Shown here piece by piece: positions 54,613 through 64,000 of a stretch of DNA of 64,000 bases; positions within the stretch are counted from its first letter, which is position 1; every line of letters begins with the position of its first letter. The notes below the pieces were generated by a model that searched no databases, was not told where the DNA came from, and was given only the letters and a program-made list of their open reading frames with translations. Made by a program: the position numbers and the translations under genes. The stretch is from an uncultured Desulfarculus sp. (lineage in GTDB: Bacteria; Desulfobacterota; Desulfarculia; Desulfarculales; Desulfarculaceae): positions 2,720,001 to 2,784,000 of the forward strand of contig CAXXUK010000001.1 of NCBI GenBank assembly GCA_963665125.2, in the 5' to 3' direction.

Positions 54613-57408
54613 CCGGATCCGCTGCACCGACCAGTGAAATTCCTTTGTTTGCGCGTCGAGGATGATTTTCAGATAACGGCCCGTGGCGCCGGGGACGAAC
54701 TCGTATTGGCCGTGGTTGCTTTTGCCGGGGACCAGCATCGGTCCGCACATGGTCAAGGGCCCGGCCAGCCGAGCCGGGACCGGGGTCCACTGTTTGGCGT
54801 CGTCGGAAACCTCAAAGCGCAGGCCCCGGGGATAATCCATGATAAAGTCCTGATTATACAAGGCCAACCGGCCGATTTGCCTCTTCTCGCCAAGATCCAC
54901 GGTCATACTGATGCCCGGTTTTTGGGGCATGCCGCTGGCCCAGTTGGCCTGGTTGCCGTGGGCCAGGGCGGCGGCCTCCACCGGGTTGACCGAGGCGTCC
55001 ACGGCCTGGGCATCCATCTCCGGTCCCAGGGCCAGGCCGTCCAATAGAAACACACTCATCCGGCCCGCCGGTTTTTCTCTAAAGGCGCAGCCCCAGCGGT
55101 TCAGAGCTCCGGCGGCCTGGGCGGCCTGGCCCGCCTCCACGGCCAGGGCCGTGCCCGGTCCGGGGTCGATGAGCACCGGCTGCTCCACCGGCGGCACGCT
55201 GTGCCCGAAATTGTCCGTGCTCCAGTTGGCCATCAGCGTCCGGTAACGGCCCGGCGCGTTCTGGTGCAGATAGGCGCTGATCCAGGCGTCGCCGTAGACC
55301 CATTTAACTCCCTCCCCTTCCAGGGCCTCCAATAGCAGCCGGGCGCTGTCGGGCCAATCCGGCCGCAGCCGCGGCGGCATCAGCTCGGGCTGCCACACGG
55401 CCAGCTCCCGCACGGCTGATTCCACTCCGCCGAATTTGCCGTCAACTTCGGAAATGCGGATAAAACGGGCCTCCAGCGGCGCGAAATGGGCCTCCAGGCG
55501 GGGGTAGCGGTACTTGTTAAACAGGTGCGGCCCGGACCAGTACAGCGGCCCCAAATCGGAACTCCACCTTCTGTCCAAAACAGCCCGGCCTTGGCCGTCC
55601 AGCAACTCCACCCGCACCGACTGCGGCGATTCCCAGTAACTGGCCGGGATCAGGGCCACGGCGCAGAGCATTGTCTCGCCGCCCAGATCCACCATCACCG
55701 GTCCGGCTCCGGCCGCCACGCCGCTGGTCAAGTCGTTGTCGAACAGGCTTGCCGCCTTGATATCGCCCTCATCCGGGGAGACCGGCCGCCAGGCTCGGCG
55801 GTCCATGAGCTTTCTGCCGGAATAGGGCAAGCTCATGTCGCAGTAGGCCGGCCCCATGACTTGCAGGCGAATCTTCTTGGGCATGTCGAGTTTGCGGTAG
55901 CCCACACCGGCAAAGGCCATCTCGCCGTCAAGGGGCATCATGAAGGCCGGTTTTTCCATGGCGTCGACCTGGGAGGAGGCAAACAGACGGCGTTCGGCCC
56001 TGGACTGGCAAAACTGCGGTTGGCCGCCGGACAGGAAGGCCCATTCCTGGGACTGGTGGACATAGACGCCTTCAACGCCAGCGCCGCGTAAGTTGGCGAT
56101 TGCCTGGTTGTATTTGGGCTCCTGGGTGAAATAGAAGCCCCCCTGGTCCAGCACGAACCCGCCGCGATAGGTCCAGTAGCCCCCGGCGTGAACCACGAGT
56201 AGAAGGCAGGCAATGGCCGCCGGGGCCCATTTGGCCTTCAGAGTATCGGCCGCGGCGGCCCAGGCAAACGGCAGCACCAGGTATAGGGGCAGCAAATAGC
56301 GAAAATCCTTAAACATCAGGTTCTTGCCGAACCAACTGAAGAGCAGGATGCCGATATTGCACAGGGCCACGCCCCAAAGCATCAGGCCGTAGCGGTTTTG
56401 CTTTTGGCGCGAACGCCACAAGACCACCAGCATGCACGCCAGAGTCGCGGCGGCAAAGGCCAGATAGAGCCAGAACCAGGGGCTGTGGATGTTTTTTTGC
56501 TCGGGGCCCGGGTTGACGCCAAGAATGTGGGGCATGGCGTTGACGGCCAGCAAATCCCAGTTGGACCAAAGCCAATCCAGGCCGAACGTCTCGCCGGCCA
56601 CGGGCCGGTCCAGAAAGCCGTAACTCAGCTTGTAATAAACTACCGGCCAAATGCCGGCCAACAGGCCAGCTGCTCCGGCGATCAAATTGCCCGGGCGCAC
56701 CAGGCGCAGGCGGAAAAACGCCAAAAACAGACCGCACGGGGCGATGACCACGGCGGTCTGGCTATTGGCCCAATAGCCCAAACCGGCCAACAGGCCCCAC
56801 AGGCAGGTCTGCCAAACGGGCCACTGTTCGGCCCGCCACATCACGATGCTAAGCCAAACTACGAGCGAGCCGATAAACAGGCTCAGGGAATAGTGGGTCA
56901 GGGCCTGGCCAGCGTGGAACATCAATTCGGCCGGCGGGATGGCCAGGTACAACAACCCCACCAGCACGCCGGCCCTGGAGTTGACCAGTTTCAGGGATCG
57001 ATACACCGCGATCATCGTCAGCAGATAATAAAACACCGGCCAGAAGTTCCAGGCCAGCGAAGACGGACCGGTCAGAGCCAACAGCGGCGCGGCGATATAG
57101 CCATCAAGGGCTCCCATCTTGTGCAGGCCGTAGATATAGACGGGCCAGCGCCCTTCCAGCGCGGCCTGGGCCAACAGACCGCAGTTGGCCTGGTCCACCC
57201 AGAGGAAGGACAGGACCCAGCGCCAGACAAGCAGCACCCCGGCCACAATGAAAAGAGCCAGGGCCGCCTTGTCCAAACCCGTGCCGAATTGTTTCACACC
57301 GTGGGGTTGCCGCGCCTTCACAATTGGTCCAGCCGTTTGTTTTGTTGTTTTATAACGCCCGGTTGAAGAACGAATCAGCCCAAGATAACATACGAAAAAC
57401 CCGGACAC
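54592..57408 (-). CDS. GT-C fold membrane glycosyltransferase with two discoidin (F5/8 type C)-like domains
   Basis: DQA..GL.A, YIYGLHKMGAL, multi-TM, RYLLP; LFDNDL..VDLG..ARFIRI and VDLG..DYPRG..SDD..W..GRYLKI; start uncertain. Confidence 0.65.
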   Translation of the reverse strand: MSGFFVCYLGLIRSSTGRYKTTKQTAGPIVKARQPHGVKQFGTGLDKAALALFIVAGVLLVWRWVLSFLWVDQANCGLLAQAALEGRWPVYIYGLHKMGALDGYIAAPLLALTGPSSLAWNFWPVFYYLLTMIAVYRSLKLVNSRAGVLVGLLYLAIPPAELMFHAGQALTHYSLSLFIGSLVVWLSIVMWRAEQWPVWQTCLWGLLAGLGYWANSQTAVVIAPCGLFLAFFRLRLVRPGNLIAGAAGLLAGIWPVVYYKLSYGFLDRPVAGETFGLDWLWSNWDLLAVNAMPHILGVNPGPEQKNIHSPWFWLYLAFAAATLACMLVVLWRSRQKQNRYGLMLWGVALCNIGILLFSWFGKNLMFKDFRYLLPLYLVLPFAWAAAADTLKAKWAPAAIACLLLVVHAGGYWTYRGGFVLDQGGFYFTQEPKYNQAIANLRGAGVEGVYVHQSQEWAFLSGGQPQFCQSRAERRLFASSQVDAMEKPAFMMPLDGEMAFAGVGYRKLDMPKKIRLQVMGPAYCDMSLPYSGRKLMDRRAWRPVSPDEGDIKAASLFDNDLTSGVAAGAGPVMVDLGGETMLCAVALIPASYWESPQSVRVELLDGQGRAVLDRRWSSDLGPLYWSGPHLFNKYRYPRLEAHFAPLEARFIRISEVDGKFGGVESAVRELAVWQPELMPPRLRPDWPDSARLLLEALEGEGVKWVYGDAWISAYLHQNAPGRYRTLMANWSTDNFGHSVPPVEQPVLIDPGPGTALAVEAGQAAQAAGALNRWGCAFREKPAGRMSVFLLDGLALGPEMDAQAVDASVNPVEAAALAHGNQANWASGMPQKPGISMTVDLGEKRQIGRLALYNQDFIMDYPRGLRFEVSDDAKQWTPVPARLAGPLTMCGPMLVPGKSNHGQYEFVPGATGRYLKIILDAQTKEFHWSVQRIRLWAPRS

Positions 57409-57505
57409 CAGATAGACACCGTGTTCTTTGTTGCATTGAACACGCTAGAGGTTCAAACTCTTAGAGCAATAAGCTACATATAAACCCAACCAGCGAGACG
57501 AAAAA

Positions 57506-60061
57506 GTGCTACCCACGCTCAGATTTCAAGTACTGCCCAAGCTGCCCGCGATATTGGAGCCCCTGCGCACACTTGCGAGCAACCTGTGGTTTGTCTGGCA
57601 TCCCGAGGCCCAGGAATTGTGGCAAAGGATCGACCCGGATCTGTGGCGTAAAACCCGCTACAACCCCGTATCCCTGCTCAACCAGGTGGGCCAAAACCGC
57701 CTCGACGCCCTGGCCGAGGACGGCGGATTCGTGGCCCAGATGGACCGCGCCTCCAGTCATCTCCAATCATACGAATCAATGAAAACATGCCCATTTTTGG
57801 GCGAAAGAGCTCCGGAAAACTTCCGGGTGGCTTATTTTTCCGCTGAATACGGCTTGGCCAATTGCCTGCCCATCTATTCCGGCGGCCTGGGCATGCTCAG
57901 CGGCGACCACCTGAAAAGCGCCAGCGACCTCAACGTCCCCCTGGTGGCCGTGGGCCTGGCCTACCGCCAAGGCTACTTCAATCAATATCTGGACCACGAC
58001 GGCTGGCAACAGGAAGAATACAACGTCAACGACTTTTGGAATATGCCGATGAGCCTTGTCTTGGATGACCAAGGCAATGAGGTGCGCATAGCGGTCGATA
58101 TCGAAGGCAGGCCCCTGTTGGCCCGTATCTGGCTGGTCAAGGTGGGCCGGATCAAACTTTATCTGATGGACTGCGGGATCGACGACAACCCGGCCGATCT
58201 GCGCGACATCACCTTCCAGCTCTACGGCGGCGACACCAAGATGCGCATCCGCCAGGAGATACTGCTGGGCATCGGCGGCATCCGCCTTTTGAACACCCTG
58301 GGCATAGATTACAGCGTGGTGCACATGAATGAAGGTCACAGCGCCTTCGCCGCCCTGGAGCGCATCCGACTACTGCGGCAAGACCACGGCCTCAACTTTG
58401 ACCAAGCCAGGGAAATTGTCCGGGCCACCACCTGCTTCACCACCCACACGCCTGTTCCGGCGGGCAACGACTATTTCGATCCGGGTCTGGTGCAGTCCCA
58501 TTTTCAAAGCTATGTCGGCGAATTGGGCATATCAATGCCCGTACTTCTGGGCTACGGCAGGGTGCATCCCATCGAGCAAAGCGAACAGTTCTGCATGACC
58601 GTTCTGGCCCTGCGCCTCAGCGCCTTCAACAACGGCGTGAGCAAACTGCACGGCAAGGTCAGCCGGGGCATGTGGACCGATGTCTGGCCCCAGTTCCCCG
58701 ATGAAGACGTGCCCATAGGCCACATCACCAACGGCGTTCATACTTCGACCTGGATCAACTCGGAGATGGCCTACCTTTACAACCGCCACCTTGGTCCGGG
58801 CTGGATGGAAGACCCCGACTCCGAACGTGTATGGCAGGGAGTTGACCAGATTCCCGACAGCGAACTGTGGATGGTCCACGAGCGCTGCCGTTCGCTGCTC
58901 ATCTCCGAGGTGCGGCGCCGGTTGGCCGTCCAGGTCAAGCGCCGGGGAGGTTCGGCCTGGGAAACCGCCGAGTGCGCCGACGCCCTGCGGTCCGACCGCC
59001 TGACGATCGTCTTTGCCCGGCGTTTCGCCACCTACAAGCGCGCCACCCTGCTGCTACGGGATATCGAGCGGCTCAACGCCCTGGTCAACAACCCCAAACG
59101 GCCGGTGCAATTCATTTTCGCGGGCAAGGCCCATCCCAAGGATGACGAGGGCAAACGCTTTATCCAGCGGGTGGCCAGCCTGACCAGGGACGAACGTTTC
59201 AAGCAGAAGATCGTCTTTCTCGAAGACTATGACATGGGCCTGGCCCGTTACCTGGTCCAGGGAGCCGATGTCTGGCTTAACAACCCCCGGCGGCCCCTGG
59301 AGGCCTGCGGCACCAGCGGCATGAAGGCCGCGGCCAACGGCGCCCTGAACCTGAGCGTACTGGATGGTTGGTGGGACGAAATATTCCAGCCCGGCATCGG
59401 TTGGCAGATCGGCCAGGGCCAGGAATACGACGATGAGGAAGTACAGGACCAATTGGAGGGCAGGGCCCTTTACCGCCTGCTGGAAAGAGACGTCGCGCCC
59501 ATGTTTTATCAGCGCGACGACCAGGACCTGCCAAGGGGCTGGATCAGCTATATGAAGAAAAACCTCAGCGTGATCTGCCCGGCCTTCAACAGCCACCGCA
59601 TGGTTGAAGATTATATCGACATGGCCTACCTGCCCAGCGGCATCCGTTACGACCAGCTGTACAAAGACGATTTTTCCGGGGCCAGGGAACTGGGCCAGTG
59701 GGTCTCCAAACTCATGCAGGGCTGGAGCGACGTGCAGGTGCTGGAGGTGGGCAGCCCCTCCCAAAGCCCCATGGTCTGGGGACAGGATATCGAGGTATGG
59801 GCCAAGGTCCGTCTGGGTGAACTGAGCCCAGACGACGTGGCCTGCGATATCTATTTCGGCCGCCTTGACGCCGAAGGCACCTTCGCTGACCGCCACACAC
59901 TCCAAATGGAGCCCGATAATGAAGCCGAACCCGGCGTCTGGACCTTCAAGGGGATCCTTGCCTGCTCCGAAACGGGCCGCATAGGCATGCGGGTGCGGGT
60001 GGTGCCCCACCACCACGGCCTGGGCTCACGCTATTCCCTGGGTCTGGCGGCCTGGGGCTAG
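57506..60061 (+). CDS. glgP: Alpha-glucan (glycogen/starch) phosphorylase
   Basis: [37 protein letters not shown] (PLP Lys). Confidence 0.96.
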   Translation: MLPTLRFQVLPKLPAILEPLRTLASNLWFVWHPEAQELWQRIDPDLWRKTRYNPVSLLNQVGQNRLDALAEDGGFVAQMDRASSHLQSYESMKTCPFLGERAPENFRVAYFSAEYGLANCLPIYSGGLGMLSGDHLKSASDLNVPLVAVGLAYRQGYFNQYLDHDGWQQEEYNVNDFWNMPMSLVLDDQGNEVRIAVDIEGRPLLARIWLVKVGRIKLYLMDCGIDDNPADLRDITFQLYGGDTKMRIRQEILLGIGGIRLLNTLGIDYSVVHMNEGHSAFAALERIRLLRQDHGLNFDQAREIVRATTCFTTHTPVPAGNDYFDPGLVQSHFQSYVGELGISMPVLLGYGRVHPIEQSEQFCMTVLALRLSAFNNGVSKLHGKVSRGMWTDVWPQFPDEDVPIGHITNGVHTSTWINSEMAYLYNRHLGPGWMEDPDSERVWQGVDQIPDSELWMVHERCRSLLISEVRRRLAVQVKRRGGSAWETAECADALRSDRLTIVFARRFATYKRATLLLRDIERLNALVNNPKRPVQFIFAGKAHPKDDEGKRFIQRVASLTRDERFKQKIVFLEDYDMGLARYLVQGADVWLNNPRRPLEACGTSGMKAAANGALNLSVLDGWWDEIFQPGIGWQIGQGQEYDDEEVQDQLEGRALYRLLERDVAPMFYQRDDQDLPRGWISYMKKNLSVICPAFNSHRMVEDYIDMAYLPSGIRYDQLYKDDFSGARELGQWVSKLMQGWSDVQVLEVGSPSQSPMVWGQDIEVWAKVRLGELSPDDVACDIYFGRLDAEGTFADRHTLQMEPDNEAEPGVWTFKGILACSETGRIGMRVRVVPHHHGLGSRYSLGLAAWG

Positions 60062-60067
60062 GACTCT

Positions 60068-60304
60068 GAGGATGCTTTCCTGAAAGAAACCATCCCCCAA
60101 ACCTCATCCAAAGGACTTCGCGCGAAACCCTCCCTGCCTGCTGCCGGGAGGGGTTCGCGGCGTTTGGGCCCAGACTATCCATATCGACTGACAGGCCCCA
60201 AAAAATAAATGACCGATTGTTGTTTGGCGGCAACGCCGCGAACAACAATCGGCAAAGTTCTTTTGGGGTCTTAGGGGTCTTTTCTTTCAAGAAAAGACCC
60301 CTAA
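60068..60304. repeat. Degenerate MITE-like intergenic element with ~50-bp imperfect inverted arms
   Basis: Left TTTCCTGAAAGAAA..CCCC.AAACC..CCAAAGGACTT versus right (reverse complement) TTTTCTTGAAAGAAAAGACCCCTAAGACCCCAAAAGAACTT; internal hairpins. Confidence 0.65.
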
Positions 60305-60309
60305 ATACA

Positions 60310-61221
60310 CTATTCCGTCAACACTACCTGGCCGGGTTCGATGAGGCCGGGCTTTTGCTTGTCGTCGTCATCGGCAACAGGCACGGCCCAGGAGTTGCGG
60401 GGGCCGAACTCGGTCAGCTTGAGCACGGCGGCCGGGCGGCCCAGCAGGTGGATCACGTTTCCCGACCCGGTCTGGATATCGCGGCCCTTGGTATAGGCCA
60501 CCACCGTGTCGCCGAGGCTGAAGCCGGTGTCGCGGCCCACGGTGACCTGCACGCGCCCGTCCTGGACGGCCAGGACGAATCCGGTCCAGGGCATGGCCGC
60601 GATGCGGGACTGGGTCCACTTCGTGGCCGGTTCGTGGAGGTCCTTTTGCAGCTGGGCCTCCATGGCCTCGGGGATCTTTTCACCCAGTTGAAAATTGGAA
60701 GCCTGCACGTCGGTAAGCTCCAATTTGGAGCGCAGGGCCTTGTCGTCATAGACCGCGCCGGTGGATGTATCAATCAGGCGCATGGCCAGTTCCATGGTCA
60801 GGAACGGATCATTGTCGCGGAAGCCGTAGACGCCGGTCAGCTCGCGGTTGACGCTGAGGTCGGTGAGCATGGCCGTGACCATGGCGCTGACGCCGAGATT
60901 GCGGCAGGCCTTCATCAGACGTTCGCGTCCGTCACGGATGGCCGGGTCCAGGCCGTTCATCTCGTCGATTACCGTTTGATACTCAACAATGACAAAACCG
61001 CCGTACTTGGCCAGGTCTTCCTGAACAGCCTTGCCAATGCGAGAGGAGGGGCCTTGCAAGGCCTTGATGGGGCTGCTGAAGGGTACGATGGTGACCCTTT
61101 TGCGCAGGCTGGTGTCCTTGGCCTTCCAATAATCTTCGACTTTTTGCGTTACGCCGCAGCCGGCTAAAACGGCCAAGGTTAAAGTCAACGCCGCAATGCG
61201 GCGCCAGGGCAAGCGAATCAT
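60310..61221 (-). CDS. Lipoprotein (CsgG/FlgT-like architecture)
   Basis: Lipobox LAGC; C-terminal TVGRDTGFSLGD resembles the FlgT C-domain. Confidence 0.6.
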   Translation of the reverse strand: MIRLPWRRIAALTLTLAVLAGCGVTQKVEDYWKAKDTSLRKRVTIVPFSSPIKALQGPSSRIGKAVQEDLAKYGGFVIVEYQTVIDEMNGLDPAIRDGRERLMKACRNLGVSAMVTAMLTDLSVNRELTGVYGFRDNDPFLTMELAMRLIDTSTGAVYDDKALRSKLELTDVQASNFQLGEKIPEAMEAQLQKDLHEPATKWTQSRIAAMPWTGFVLAVQDGRVQVTVGRDTGFSLGDTVVAYTKGRDIQTGSGNVIHLLGRPAAVLKLTEFGPRNSWAVPVADDDDKQKPGLIEPGQVVLTE

Positions 61222-61318
61222 ATTATTCAACCCCTTAGTGGATTTACTAACGCTTGAAGTGTGAATTATGGCCTTTCACTTGTCAAAAGTAAAGGGTTGA
61301 GCGCACAAGTGACGCAAT

Positions 61319-61597
61319 TTAGTAAGTAATATCAAATCGGACCAGATCCGCGGCCGGTTCAAGCCACCGTAAATCCACGGAATCGACCCGGGCGAACCGC
61401 GGTCCCTTATAACACCATTGCACAGCCTTGTTCACATCATTCTCCGGCCCCTGGAACTGGGCCTCCACCCGCCCATCGCGCAGGTTGCGAACCCAACCGG
61501 CCAGCCCCAGGTCCTGGGCCATGTGCGCGGTGCTGTAGCGAAAGGCCACGCCCTGGACCCTGCCGGTTATGTATAAATGCGCTCTGGTTTGAGTCAT
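61319..61597 (-). CDS. acyP: Acylphosphatase
   Basis: GRVQGVAFR, GWVRNLRDGRVE, GP. Confidence 0.95.
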   Translation of the reverse strand: MTQTRAHLYITGRVQGVAFRYSTAHMAQDLGLAGWVRNLRDGRVEAQFQGPENDVNKAVQWCYKGPRFARVDSVDLRWLEPAADLVRFDITY

Positions 61598-61599
61598 CT

Positions 61600-63741
<2,142 letters not shown>

Positions 63742-63831
63742 TCAAAAGATGATTTTCATGCAGGCTGTTATCGCAATTGACCTGATGTGACGGCTAAACT
63801 ATAAATAAAGGCTGCCTTAAGGAGGACGGCC

Positions 63832-64000
63832 ATGATCATTGAAATTGATCCGGAACGCATTCAGCCCCGCAAGATCAGCCAGGTCGTGCAGGTTCTGCAG
63901 GACGGCGGGGTGGTGGCTTATCCCACCGACACCTCCTATGGCCTGGGGTGCGACATCTTCAACAAAAAGGCCCTGCGCCGGTTGCACCAGATCAAGAACC
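63832..64000 (+). CDS. Sua5/YciO/YrdC family protein (threonylcarbamoyl-AMP synthase-like), truncated by window end
   Basis: TAAGGAGG RBS; MIIEIDPERIQPRKI..GGVVAYPTDTSYGLGCD. Confidence 0.88.
   Translation, partial: MIIEIDPERIQPRKISQVVQVLQDGGVVAYPTDTSYGLGCDIFNKKALRRLHQIKN

Overview
GC-rich chromosomal segment from an anaerobic deltaproteobacterium (Desulfobacterota, possibly Desulfarculia-like; this is inferred from gene content and order only). It is mostly housekeeping. Core genes: the end of a branched-chain amino-acid ABC operon (two livK-type binding proteins, livH), namZ-like, asparaginase-fdhD, yedF, an mnmA-Rrf2-DUF39-NIL ferredoxin sulfur cluster, the ffh-rpsP-khpA-rimM-trmD-rplS-rnhB-yraN-rsmI-ptsH-ptsI-smpB operon, recN, ppiD, trmO-like, ttcA, cobQ, a porin/DUF4198/cbiMLQO Co-Ni uptake operon, two large convergent GT-C glycosyltransferases, glgP, acyP, ligA and a truncated Sua5/YciO gene. 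Signalling genes: HD-GYP, CheX, CHASE, PilZ and a PAS hybrid kinase. I saw no rRNA, tRNA, CRISPR, transposase or prophage genes. The most unusual content is non-coding: (1) a modular ~260-bp multi-hairpin repeat with compensatory base changes, in tandem arrays of opposite orientation behind recN and ppiD, one copy read into the RecN C-terminus; (2) two other MITE-like elements; (3) a promoter- and terminator-bounded ~150-nt structured sRNA candidate carrying an anti-Shine-Dalgarno tract; (4) two leaders with premature terminators that match no riboswitch I recognise. All calls are by eye, with no database searches.
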